A stretch of DNA of 63,442 nucleotides, the filler included, from Pelomyxa schiedti (Eukaryota > Protista > Evosea): assembly GCA_020536535.1 (NCBI GenBank). It is 8 parts of 8 records of this genome, joined end to end, with 100 filler letters (N's around TTAATTAATTAA, not from the genome) between each part and the next. Parts side by side here need not be neighbours in the genome. Positions count along the whole stretch, not along the records: positions 1 to 25,713 come from JAHLWZ010000092.1; 7 more parts are not named here. One strand, 5' to 3'. The position numbers and the translations under genes are program-made. Each line of letters starts with the position of its first letter. The stretch's first letter is position 1. This document shows, in pieces, positions 1 to 12,408 of the stretch. The notes below the pieces were generated by a model. That model made no database searches and was not told where the DNA came from. It was given only the letters and a program-made list of their open reading frames with translations.

Positions 1-1070
1 ACTGGCATCACACCTGAAGAAACTCACTGAACTGAAAGGAACACTGGTGATGAAACTCAACGAATCAGATTCTGCATGCAAGAAGCTCCTTGGGCAGACA
101 CTGACGGTGCAAAACAGCGAGTCTGAGATCCAGGAGTGTGCCAGGAACATCTCAACACTCACAAAAAAAGTATGGGGAATCAAGTCCTCCACATTGGCAT
201 CAACATCATCAGAAATGGAGATGGTTCCAAAAGAAGAAGCAGGTAAAACAAAAATGCACACAGTACTTTTATTTGACAAACAATAAGAGGGTGATGATAA
301 CACCGTGGATGGCATTCTGATGAAACCTCTGCTGGTGAATGACCCACAGCCTCATACATTCACACCACCATTCCAGTTGCTGTGCACTCTCTCAGACACA
401 CTCGCACAGCTCCAGAGGTGCCAGTTTGACGAGTGCACAAAGCTGGCTGACAAACACACGGTTCTGTCAAAGGAGCTGTCTGAGCAAGTTTCAGTTGGAG
501 GCACACTCCAAAAGGCGATCGAGGAGACACAGAGACAATGTTCAGAGCTTCAGAGGGAACACAAGGGAAAGTGGAGGCTACAGCGAGGGTTGGAGGGTGA
601 TGAGAAGTTCATTGGGATGCCTTGTGTGTGGTCTCAGCTCTCTGAGTTGCTCCCTCAGGCTCAACAAGCAATCGTGGAGTTGAGCCTTTCCAAGGCAATG
701 TTATCATCATCTACCTGTTTTGGTGGCAGCCAGCAACAACCAAGGTTGCCATCAATGACAACAGAATCAACAGCAGCAGGAGCAACCACTCTTCCAGGAT
801 GCACTGCCACATCATCACCAGTTTTGCTCTCATCAGTGCCAAATTGCAACGACAGTGAGAGCAACGTTTGCGTGGAATGCGAAGAGAGGCCACCCGATGT
901 GCAGTTGCAGCCTTGTGGCCACGTTGTCCTGTGCTCCCAGGTCCTCATTTTTCCCTTTTTTCCTCATTTTTTTCATCAAGACACAAAAAACAACACACAA
1001 ACAGTGTGCAGCAGTCATGAAGAAGTGCCCTCATTGTCACACCTTCATCAAGGACAAAATTCATTTGTAG
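1..1070 (+). CDS. MORN-coiled-coil-RING family member, 3' part only (copy A)
   Basis: Near-identical to 5129-6221. Introns 243-287 and 941-1003 give the C3HC4 RING CVECEERPPDVQLQPCGHVVLCSQ|CAAVMKKCPHCHTFIKDKIHL*. Confidence 0.85.
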
Positions 1071-2168
1071 CTACAAAAAAAAAACTTTGGATTGGACTTA
1101 GTACAAACTGTATTTTAAACTGCTGTGGGACGCAACTGTGAATGTGGTGCTTGGTGTTGTTGTTATGTTGGTGCCGGTGTTTGTTGCCCATTGCTGCTTG
1201 TTGTTGCATCATGTTGTGTTGGGCCTGGAGCCACATTTTGACTGTGGTTTGTTGGGATACAGTTGGTGTTATTGATGGTCCCCCACGCAGTCCAGCTGCT
1301 CCAACAAGCATATCCCACAGCTCTATCATTGGAATCACTTTTGTGGTTGTTGTTGTTGTTGCTGTTGCCGACGGTGGAGGTGATGATGTTGGCGTTGTGT
1401 TTGTTGGGGGTGATGATGATTGTGCCGGACAGTTCCGAATGCATGCCATTGGAGGAACAAGCTGAGGAAGAAGTGGATTGGCCATGAGTGTTCCGGACTT
1501 GCCGATTTTGAATCCCGGAACTCCGGTGCTCAGTGCAGTCACCGGCCAGCTCACCTGTGTCGATGTGAGTGAAAACTGATCGATTTGCGGGGGGTTTCCT
1601 TTTTACCTCCATCAAGTTGTAGAAGAAGCAATTCCGGAATTCCAGCATCAGGAGCATTAATTCAGATGAGGAAATGGATGAGAGCCAGGTGTCATATTCG
1701 TCCATTGTGCAGGTGATGTTGTTTGGGCTGGGTGACGAAGCGGGAAGTGGTGGTGTGGATGTTGTAAAACCCCCCCCGAGGTTTGGATATATCTGTGGAA
1801 CAGCAATGGGTTCGAAATTACTGGAAGCACTGTTGCAGTCACCGGTGACTGTTGTTGCCATTGGTTGGCTTTTTGGCACTGTACTGGGTTGAACAACCAC
1901 CGCTGATGGGTTAGTTTGTGGAGGAGCTCCTCCCGCGGAAGTGATGAAACCGGGGAGTCTCATATCGTCATAGTTTTCAATGAGTTCTGCAAGCCGGGGA
2001 AGGTTTCTTCTGGTTTCCAACATGGTGCTACATTTGTGTTAAAATGATATTTTCTGTTGGAATTGGAGACAAGACAAAAATACGCACAAAACAGCTGAAG
2101 CCATGGCAAACATTATTCCAGTTCGATCACATCCACTTTTGCAGTTCACAGCAGTTGTGACACCAAGA
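1048..2168 (-). pseudogene. Duplicated 3' end of the CX5R phosphatase-like gene (copy 1), cut by an N gap
   Basis: Highly similar to 6222-7320, including the NCKSGCDRTG-coding stretch near 2115-2145. Confidence 0.7.
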
Positions 2169-2269
2169 GNNNNNNNNNNNNNNNNNNNNNNNNNNNNNNN
2201 NNNNNNNNNNNNNNNNNNNNNNNNNNNNNNNNNNNNNNNNNNNNNNNNNNNNNNNNNNNNNNNNNNNNN

Positions 2270-3044
2270 TTATTGATGGTCCCCCACGCAGTCCAGCTGC
2301 TCCAACAAGCATATCCCACAGCTCTATCATTGGAATCACTTTTGTGGTTGTTGTTGTTGCTGTTGCCGACGGTGGAGGTGATGATGTTGGAGTTGTGTTT
2401 GTTGGGGGTGATGATGATGCCGGACAGTTCCGAATGCAGGCCATTGGAGGAACAAGCTGAGGAAGAAGTGGATTGGCCATGAGCGTTCCGGACTTGCCGA
2501 TTTTGAATCCCGGAACTCCGGTGCTCAGTGCAGTCACCGGCCAGCTCACCTATATTGATGTGAGTGAAAACTGATCGATTTGCGGGGGTTTCCTTTTTAC
2601 CTCCATCAAGTTGTAGAAGAAGCAATTACGGAATTCCAGCATCAGGAGCATTAATTCAGATGAGGAAATGGATGAGAGCCAGGTGTCATATTCGTCCATT
2701 GTGCAGGTCGGTGTGGTGACGACGTTGTTTGGGCTGGGTGATGACGAAGCGGGAAGTGGTGGTGTGGATGTTGTAAAATCCCCCCCGAGGTTTGGATATA
2801 TCCGTGGAACAGCAATGGGTTCGAAATTACTGGAAGCAGCAGCACCACTCCCATAAAGACTGTTGCGGTAACCGGTGACTGTTGTTGCCATTGGTTGGCT
2901 TTTTGGCACTGTACTGGGTTGAGCAACCACCGCTGATGGGTTAGTTTGTGGAGGAGCTCCTCCCGCGGAAGTGATGAAACCGGGGAGTCTCATATCGTCA
3001 TAGTTTTCAATGAGTTCTGCAAGCCGGGGAAGGTTTCTTCTGGT
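2270..3044 (-). pseudogene. Second duplicated 3' fragment of the phosphatase-like gene, between two gaps
   Basis: Same TRRNLPRLAELIENYDD...VSWPVTALSTG sequence with small indels. May be a haplotig or a tandem copy. Confidence 0.6.
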
Positions 3045-3578
3045 NNNNNNNNNNNNNNNNNNNNNNNNNNNNNNNNNNNNNNNNNNNNNNNNNNNNNNNN
3101 NNNNNNNNNNNNNNNNNNNNNNNNNNNNNNNNNNNNNNNNNNNNCATTGCAGAGTGCATGCATGGCTGGCAGTGCCGGAAATTACCGCGTCAGTGCTGGA
3201 AATATCCGGTTCCGTCCCGGCTGAGTATGCATGCCATTCCACTCGCATCACAGAACTCACTAATGTAAACTGCAGTGGTGATTGATTGATTCTCAGGCCA
3301 GGTAATCTGGACTGAGAAGTGGACAACAAATCTTTCTTGGTAGAGGTCATGTCACTGCGTGGATGTCGAATACTCGAACGTATGTGATAGCAAGTGATGT
3401 CGATTCGTTGGTGAACAAAGAGAAGCAGTCAGATGATGATTCATCCGCTATCTGGTTTTTCCACAGGCGGAAGCAACAGACGTGTTTACAGCCTCCTCAC
3501 CTTGGTTGCCCAAGCCCAGTTTCGTTGTGGTTGATGGTGTTTCTTGTTGCATCATCAATCCATTTCATCATCACCGTA

Positions 3579-6221
3579 ATGGCAGCTGCAACCAACAAAC
3601 GAGTGGGTTCTGCGACCATGGTTGTCGACGACACCTCAGTGGTGCCTGGTGGTGGCGCGACGTACACTGGTCGGGTGGTCGATGGCAAACCCGACGGCAG
3701 CGGCACCGCAAAATGGCCAAACGGCGGCACGTACTACGGTGTGTGGCTCAACGGAGACAGGACGGGCCGAGGGGTGTACAAGTGGCACGATGGCGCCACC
3801 CGCGAGGGAGAGTGCCTCAACAACAAGACGGATGGGTGGGGTGTGGAACACTGTGCCGATGGCAGCTGGTACGAGGGGCTGTGGAGGGACGACCACTTGA
3901 AAAGGGGAACGTGGCACGACAGCAACGGTGTGGATGTGTGGGATGGCGAGTGGGTGTGGAACGCAACCGCAAATGGTCATGAGATGCAGGGGTGGGGTGT
4001 GCAAAGGAGGGCAGCCAAGGGGGGGGCCACAGGAGCAATGGTCACGGTGTATGAGGGTGAGTGGGACAGGCATCAGTGGCACGGTGTGGGAACGTGGAAG
4101 TCACCTGATGGCTCGGGTGACATCTACCATGGTCAATTCGATCACGGCAAGAAATGTGGAACAGGGAGTATCCTGTTTGGCGGCGGTGGAGGCAACAACA
4201 GCAAGGATGGGAGTTATGTTGGTGAGTGGAAGGATGATGTGTTCCATGGTCGGGGTGTGAGGCTGTGGGCAAACGGTGACAGGTATGATGGCCAGTGGGT
4301 TGGTGGCAAGGAGCATGGTGAAGGAACCAAGACGTGGAGCAGGGATGGATCGTCGTTCACTGGGTTGTGGGAGGGTGGTGTTCCAACAAAGGGGACGAAG
4401 AGGTGGCCAAACGGTGACATGTTTGAAGGCACATTCACACAAAAAGGGTGCCGTGGTGGTGAGGGTGTTGCAACACTGTCATCATCATCATCGCCATCAT
4501 CATTCAATCTGAAGGGCACCCTCAACAACAACAACGTGTTTCAAGGTGCGAGTCATCCAGGAGTGCAACATCAAATGGGATCATCACAGTTTGAACACTG
4601 TCAGCTGATTGAGGTCAGTGTGTGTTATTTTTCGTCTTTCTTTTTTATTTTTGGCTCACAAACAACACAGAAACTGAAAAAAGAGTTCACAAAGGAGAAA
4701 AGTGAGCTGGAGGCAAAACAGAAAGAAGAAATGAAAGCAGCCAAAAAAGAGTGGGAAGTGAGTGTGTTGTCATATCTCTTGCTTGTGTCTTGCTCTCTCT
4801 TTTCTCTCAATTTATTGCTTCTCACACATCTGTTTCTTTCTTTGAAGCAAATCACAGAAAGAAATAATGAACAGCACAGTGAGCAACTCAACCAAGTGAA
4901 GAAAAACCTCCAACAACTGCAAGAGAAACTACAAAAAACCCAAGAAGAAGAAGATGATGAAAGGAAGTCAGTTCTCGCCAGCCATCCTGAACTGAGGGAA
5001 GCTTTCGAATCAGCAAAGTTGCTCCAGTCTCACTTGGTGACTTTCGCATCAGAGTTCGTCCTGCTTGATGAGTCAGTGAAAAAGCTGAATGACAGTCTCC
5101 AGCGAGCAACAGAATCCAATGAGGAACTGGCATCACACCTGAAGAAACTCACTGAACTGAAAGGAACACTGGTGATGAAACTCAACGAATCAGATTCTGC
5201 ATGCAAGAAGCTCCTTGGGCAGACACTGACGGTGCAAAACAGCGAGCCTGAGATCCAGGAGTGTGCCAGGAACATCTCAAGACTCACAAAAAAAGTATGG
5301 GGAATCAAGTCCTCCACATTGACATCAACAACATCAGAAATGGAGATGGTTCCAAAAGAAGAAGCAGGTAAAAACAAAAATGCACACCATACTTTTATTT
5401 ATTTGACAAACAATAAGAGGGTGATCATGACAACACTGTGGATGGCATTCTGATGAAACCTCTTCTGACTGTGAATGATCCACAGCCTCATACATTCACA
5501 CCACCATTCCAGTTGCTGTGCACTCTCTCAGACACACTCGCACAGCTCCAGAGGTGCCATTTTGACGAGTGCACAAAGCTCGCTGACAAACACACGGTTC
5601 TGTCAAAGGAGCTGGTTGAGCAAGTTTCAGTTGGAGGCACACTCCAAAAGGCGATCGAGGAGACACAGAGAGAATGTTCAGAGCTTCAGAGGGAGCACAA
5701 GGGAAAGTGGAGGCTCCAGCGAGGGTTGGAGGGTGATGAGAAGTTCATTGGGATGCCTTGTGTGTGGTCTCAGCTCTCTGAGTTGCTCCCTCAGGCTCAA
5801 CAAGCCATCGTGGAGTTGAGCCTTTCCAAGGCAAGGTTATCATCATCTGCCTGTTTTGGTGGTAGCCAGCAACAACAACAACCAAGGTTGCCATCAATGA
5901 CAACAGCATCAACAGCAGCAGGAGGAACCACTCTTCCAGGATGCACTGCCACAACATCATCAGTGTCACCAGTCTTGCTCTCATCAGTGCCAAATTGCAA
6001 CAACAATGAGAGCAACCTTTGTGTGGAATGTGAAGAGAGGCCACCCGACGTGCAGTTGCAGCCTTGTGGCCACGTTGTCCTCTGCTCCCAGGTATGTGTT
6101 TTATTTTTCCCTTTTATCATTTTTTTCATCAAGACACAAAAAACAACACACACAGTGTGCAGCAGTCATGAAGAAGTGCCCTCACTGTCGCACCTTCATC
6201 AAGGACAAAATTCATTTGTAG
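3579..6221 (+). CDS. MORN-repeat / coiled-coil / C3HC4 RING protein, full length (copy B), putative E3 ligase
   Basis: About 10 MORN repeats (YxGxWxxGxxxGxG), a K/E/Q-rich coiled coil and a terminal RING. Several short GT-AG introns. Confidence 0.9.
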
Positions 6222-6274
6222 CTACAAAAAAAAACTTTGGATTGGTCTTTTCTTTCTAGTACAAACTGTATTTT

Positions 6275-7790
6275 TCACAAGTGGTGTTGCCTGTGGGACG
6301 CAACTGTGAACGTGGTGCTTGGTGTTGTTGTTATGTTGGTGTTTGTTGCCATTGCTGCTTGTTGCTGCATCATGTTGTGTTGGGCTTGGAGCCACATTTT
6401 GACTGTGGTTTGCTGGGATACAGTTGGTGTTATTGATGGTCCCCCACGCAGTCCAGCTGCTCCAACAAGCATATCCCACAGCTCTATCATTGGAATCACT
6501 TTTGTGGTTGCTGTTGCTGACGGTGGAGGTGATGATGTTGGCGTTGTGTTTGTTGGGGGTGATGATTGTGCCGGACAGTTCCGAATGCATGCCATTGGAG
6601 GAACAAGCTGAGGAAGAAGTGGATTGGCCATGAGTGTTCCGGACTTGCCGATTTTGAATCCCGGAACTCCGGTGCTCAGTGCAGTCACCGGCCAGCTCAC
6701 CTGTGTTGATGTAAGTGAAAACTGATCGATTTGCAGGGGTTTCCTTTTTACCTCCATCAAGTTGTAGAAGAAGCAATTACGGAATTCCAGCATCAGGAGC
6801 ATCAATTCAGATGAGGAAATGGATGAGAGCCAGGTGTCATATTCGTCCATTGTGCAGGTCGGTATGGTGAGGTTGTTTGGGCTGGGTGACGAAGCGGGGA
6901 GTGGTGGTGTGGATGTTGTAAAATCCCCCCCGAGGTTTGGATATATCCGGGGGACAGCAATGGGTTCGAAATTGCTGGAAGCAGCACCACTCCCATAAAG
7001 ACTGTAGCCGGTGACTGTTGTTGCCATTGGTTGGCTTTTCGGCACTGTACTGGGTTGTACAACCACCGCTGATGGGTTAGTTTGTGGAGGAGCGGAAGTG
7101 ATGAAACTGGGGAGTCTCATGTCATCATAGTTTTCAATGAGTTCTGCAAGCCGGGGAAGGTTTCTTCTGGTTTCCAACATGGTGCTGCATTTGTGTTAAA
7201 AAAAATATTTTCTGTTGGGATTGAGAGACAAAAATACACACAAAACAGCTGAAGCCATGGCAAACATTATTCCAGTTCGATCACATCCACTTTTGCAGTT
7301 CACAGCGGTTGTGACACCAAGAGTATAATTGAGTGCCAAAATGGACATTATCTGCTGGAATCGATTCCCTTTGGGTGTGAGGCAGAGGGACTGAAGAACA
7401 TTAATGCCGCGGAAAAACCAATAGAAATTTGGCAACCGATATCAAGAAGGAAAGCAGGGAAGCGGAAACAAGAATATTCTTGTGTTCCGCTTCAGTCACC
7501 AGAAACCCTGAGAGCTTTTCCAGTGTTCCAACAAGTTCGTTGAGAGAAACAGCAGCTGTATCCATCGCAGTAGTCAGAACCTGGAGAAGTTAAAAACAAG
7601 GAAAATAAATAAAGCAAGGAATAACTGAGTAAATAAGTGAAGACGGCTCAAGGACTCCAGTCTTTCGGGCTTGTTCCCCCAACCACACAGAGTATTGCCT
7701 GAGACCTCCCTCATTCATTGACCTGGATTCCTGGGAATGAAATAAGATGACAGATTTTCTTCGGCAACAAAGTTCTACTCACGGACTCCC
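6275..7790 (-). CDS. Phosphoinositide-phosphatase-like protein (INPP4/SopB-type CX5R), 3' exons
   Basis: LGVTTAVNCKSGCDRTGIMFAMASA, motif at 7271-7300. Exons upstream at about 7790-7580 and downstream from 7180. Apparent frameshift near 7440. Confidence 0.65.
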
Positions 7791-9214
7791 CCATTCTGAT
7801 CCCCAGAAAATCGGTTTTGTTTATTTGGAGATTCTAAAGTGTCACCGAGTTTGAAAAAAAAAAAAAAGGAAACCGACACACCATGTGAAGTAACTCGATT
7901 TTACCTGTGTGGGAAATAAGGGGCGGAAAAGGAAACCACCAAAGACTAACTTGATTTCCAATCATGTGACGTGAGCAGAGAATGCTGATTTTTGGCCATG
8001 TGGGTCTCTAATTACCCAATGAGAGAAAGCAACCCAAAAAACAAAAAAGAAAGAAAGAAGAGGGAACTGAAACCGTTTGATATGGCCATTGTGTAGACAA
8101 GAGATATACTGCTGACACGCAGGACTTGACTGTTGGAGCGAGTAGTGTTAAGCTTTAGGAGAACGGACTCAAATTGACGCAGTTTCTACAGATAGAAGTA
8201 ACTTTATCTTGAAAAGGAAATAAGGTGAATTCATTACAGTAATTGTATCTATGATTCCTGTTCGTATGAGGAACTGCTGATTGTTCTGAAATCTGGGGAG
8301 GGAAATAAAATACTCCTTTGGGAGGAAATAGCAAAAGTGATAACTTTTACATGGTTGAGTAACAATTCACAAGCTGAGAAGCCTTCTCAGTTGTATTCAT
8401 CTTTCTGTGTGAAGTGCCGATTGCTCCTTGCCCAGAAGCACAGCTCCAACTTCCATCCTGAAAAAAAGAGATGTTATTTCGACAGAGAAAGTTCCGGCTC
8501 ACTCACAGGGTTCTGAGTGAATTTCCAACTTGTCACAGTTTGCACATGCTCGATTCCATGAGTCCGCCAAGTTGATGACAGACATGGAAGGAGAGTTGAA
8601 ACATCTATTTTGAAGAAGAATAAGTTAACTTCCGAGTCTTTTCCTCTTGTTTTACCTGGAGTCAGCTGAGTATATCCTGCCGCAACAGCAGCAAACCTAA
8701 TGCGGTGATCATTTTTTGGCACCTTCTGCTCCTAAATTAGTGACTAATACGAAAGGTTGGTGAATCACCATCACTGAATTTTCAAATTCTCTCACTTGGA
8801 GGATGTCTGGTTTTATGAATGGTGGCGACACATTGAACCCTACTTATTGGTAAGTAATTTCCACTGGAAGTTCTTTCTTACCATAGGGGAATTTATTTTG
8901 TGGTTCTACGCATGATGATGAGACAAGATGAATAGATTTTTGTATAACGCGATGATACAGGCGAAGTTCAGCATAGCCATTAACTGCCAATTTGTTTAAT
9001 TTTTAGACACTTTCAACTGAACGGACCTAATGGCAGTGCGGAAACGCTATTTATCAGGGAAATCAATGGGTCTTCGTCCTGACTTACATTGTGAATATCC
9101 ACACTGCAGGAAATTCTCTAACCAGATCAGAAAAGAAGGAGCAGAAGGAATTACCTTGCCAACTATCGAGGAGCTTTGTTGAATGTCAGTTTATTTTTTT
9201 GAAGAATAGATTTA

Positions 9215-10486
9215 TCACCTGGCAGATGCAAGGGCCACAATCGAGTCGGAACCAGAAGCGATGGCTTCTTCCACGGTACGACCACTAGTGCCGACTATTC
9301 CCCCTACAACACCACCCACGCCGCCAGACATCAGGCCCATGATATTATTCAAGCCATCGCTCACAATGTTAAGGCTCTGTCGCTGTGCCGGCCGATGAGT
9401 TTTCCAGGCTGTAGAAGGAGGTTTTGAAGGAGGCTGGCTTGGAGAAGTGGATGGAGGGGCTGGGAGATTTGGAAGTATATTGGTTGAAGTTTGAGTTTGT
9501 GTTGGTGCTGTTTGCAGTGGTGTTGGTTGTACAACAGATGGTTGCTGTGTTTGCTGCTGCGGGGGTTGCTGTTGCCGGGTCAGTTGTGCCAGTGGTGTGA
9601 TATGCTGTACTGGTTGTTGTTGGGGTGTAGGTTGGATCGCTCGGGGGGTAGCATTATTATTGACCGATGGTATTTGATTTGTGAGATTTATTCCTTGTGG
9701 AACTTGACCGCTGATATGTTGGACCTGCGGTTGTACTGGTATAACCAGTGGTACAGCCATTGGCACCGCCACTGAGGGATTTGGGTATAGAGGTACATAT
9801 GCAGGTTGAACTTGCGTTGCTACAGGTAGTACAACGGTGGCAACTACCGGAGTTGGTTGTACAGGTGTAGTAATTTGTGTAACTGGTGTTATTTGTGTCA
9901 TTGGTGTTACTGGGGTAATAATTTGCGTAACAAGAATGGGTGGTTGCTGTTGCTGGAGGTATGGGCCGCTACCAAATGTCTGGCCGGTCATGTTTATAAT
10001 TTGTTGCTGCTGTTGCTGTTGGTGCATAGCTGTCATCTGCTGCATCTGCTGCCGCTGCTCAATTTCCAGCTGCTGCTGTTGCTGCTGGTGCATAATTCTC
10101 ATCTGTTGCATTTGCATTTCGCTATGTTGCTGTTGCTGTTGCTGCTGTTGTTGCATAAACATTACATGTTGTTGCTGAGCGATTTGCATTCCGCTCTGCT
10201 GATTCTGATGCTGCTGCTGTTGTTGCTGTTGCATAAATAGGGCCTGTTGCTGCTGCGCTATTTGCATTCCGTTCTGCTGCAGCTGCTGGTTCTGCATGGC
10301 GAGCATCAGGTTTTGATCATGCAGCATCCTCTGGTGGTCCAGAATGGCCTGCTGCATGTCATTCGCCTGAGCACTCACCAAACCCTCGTACCCAACACCA
10401 ACCATCGGGACCATGTTGGATTGGTCAGCAATCCCCATCCCCATCCCCATCCCCATTCCAGTGACGTCATACTCAAACGGATACAT
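9215..10486 (-). CDS. Gln/Pro-rich low-complexity exon, possibly the first exon of the phosphatase-like gene
   Basis: 423-aa ORF with polyQ tracts and a GM repeat. GT donor just before the stop, followed by several GT-AG-flanked mini-exons. Confidence 0.7.
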   Translation of the reverse strand: MYPFEYDVTGMGMGMGMGIADQSNMVPMVGVGYEGLVSAQANDMQQAILDHQRMLHDQNLMLAMQNQQLQQNGMQIAQQQQALFMQQQQQQQHQNQQSGMQIAQQQHVMFMQQQQQQQQQHSEMQMQQMRIMHQQQQQQLEIEQRQQMQQMTAMHQQQQQQQIINMTGQTFGSGPYLQQQQPPILVTQIITPVTPMTQITPVTQITTPVQPTPVVATVVLPVATQVQPAYVPLYPNPSVAVPMAVPLVIPVQPQVQHISGQVPQGINLTNQIPSVNNNATPRAIQPTPQQQPVQHITPLAQLTRQQQPPQQQTQQPSVVQPTPLQTAPTQTQTSTNILPNLPAPPSTSPSQPPSKPPSTAWKTHRPAQRQSLNIVSDGLNNIMGLMSGGVGGVVGGIVGTSGRTVEEAIASGSDSIVALASAR

Positions 10487-10847
10487 TCAATGTCTTTGAG
10501 CCTCGTACTTTTCCACCCACCAAATTAGAAATCGCCAAAAGCCAATCCACCTCGCCGCAACTCAATAAAAAAAACCTCCTAAAATACAACTTTTCGCTCG
10601 TTGGCTCCCGGCAAGTTGCTTACAGTTTCAACCGCCGTATGATGTCGTCGGTTTTTATTGAAACGGTGTTTGTGAGGTTGCGGTTGTGTTTTGACTTTTA
10701 TTGACTGGTGGTTGTTTAGCGTCCAGGGTTTGTTGTTGATTGTGTTTTTTTGCTTTTTCACTAAATTGAGGGGTACTGATTTAGTGGAATGAGACTTTTT
10801 TCGTTTCCAAAAAGACAGAACTGTTTTTTGTGGGGTGTTTGTTTGGC

Positions 10848-12105
10848 TTATTCAGTTGTGGCTATTGGCCTTGAGGAGTCTGTGATCCAGTGGCTCCATG
10901 ACCCAGGGTACAGCTTTGGCATCCCAAGGCCTGAGTGTGTCATTGCCAGGACACCCAGTGCACCAGTTACACCACTCCCACAGTAAAACACCACTCTCTC
11001 TGGTGGTATTGTGGTACCGGTGCTGCTGTAGGTCAGAAGTGCAGAGTACTTGGTGCGTAGTTCTTGTGGGGACAGAACCAGCCCATCGGGCCCGTTGTTC
11101 TGCACAAAGGGTACATTGATGGCACCTGGGATGTGGCCAGCAACAGGGTCTATGGTCTCATTCTTTCCCTGGAACCTCTCTGGGTTCCGGACATCAATGA
11201 GCCTCCATCCGGCATCACGCCGGATGCGGTCCACATCCTCCACAGTAACGGCCATGTCATTCCTTGGCCGGCCCACAAAGTTGCCCATTACCCTGCTGGT
11301 TTCCGGGCCTGTGGATGTTGGTAGACCTTGTTTGACCCAGTTTTGCCAGCCTCCATTGAGAACATAAACAGGGGCGTCGTGTTGGAGCCATTTTAGTAGC
11401 CACCACACCCGCGCTGCCGCCAGAGCCCCGCCCATGTCATCATACACAACCACTGTAACTCCCGGTCTGATCCCAGCCCTAGAGAACGCCTAGAAACTAT
11501 TTACAATCCAACCTTGAAAAAAAACAAAAAAAAAAAAAAAACGAAAACCAAATACAAAAAAAGGAGAAGCCAAAGGAGTTGTGTGTTGAATATATATATA
11601 ATAAATAAATTAATAAATTATTCCAATTTTATCACAATAGTACTGTGAGGCGAGACCAACATCCAAAAAAAGGGGAAAAAGGGGGAAAAAAAAAAGGGAA
11701 AAAGTAGCAAACCATGTTTGCTCGGTCGGGGGATGGAAGCGGGTGCCTTCCGGTGAGGCCCTTCACGACGGGGTCGCTGGCGTCCTCGTTGAGGTGCAGG
11801 TACGCGGCCCCGCGCACGTGCGACGCCTCGTAGTCCGCGCGGCCCTTGCCCGCGTCGCCCAGCGCGAACCGCGCGTCGACGACCACCCAGCCCGCGTCCC
11901 CCAGGTGCCCCGCTACCTCCGTGGCCCCGACGTACGTGGATGTCGCCGCCCCCGGCTGTGGTTGTTGGTGGTGTTGGTCTTGTGACATGTTCACAGTGAC
12001 TGTTGCGTGGGCTTGTTGTTGTTGGGTGAACGAAATTTCTGAGTCCCTTGATGTTTCTTGATTAATTGTGATGTTGTTGCTGACTGGACCTCGGTGACAC
12101 GCCAT
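10848..12105 (-). CDS. Two-domain rhodanese / 3-mercaptopyruvate sulfurtransferase (SseA/TST-like)
   Basis: VVVDARF, GRHPLPS, VVVYDD, GHIPGA, active-site CGSGVTG, LYPGSWSHW. Phase-0 intron 11490-11712. Start at 12105 or 11988. Confidence 0.93.
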
Positions 12106-12408
12106 AGTAGTGGCACGGAAGGGGCTCAGTGGCGGTGCCCACTTGGAGGAAGAATAAAAGGTTCAGTCTCAACCGGAAGCAGAAAAACTAGGGGTGTGAT
12201 GGTGGGAGACGTGGCAGGATGTCGGGGTAACAATTGAGGAAAGGAAGAACTCCCATAATAGCGTGTTTGAGTCACTGAGGACGGAATTAGCCTCATTCGG
12301 TTGTCAAGAATTCGCAGGTGAGTGTGCTTTTTTTTTTCGCCAAGTGCTTATGTTTTTGTACTTTACACTTGGATCACTTTCCCCTTGCAGACAGGAAAAA
12401 GTTGCTGA

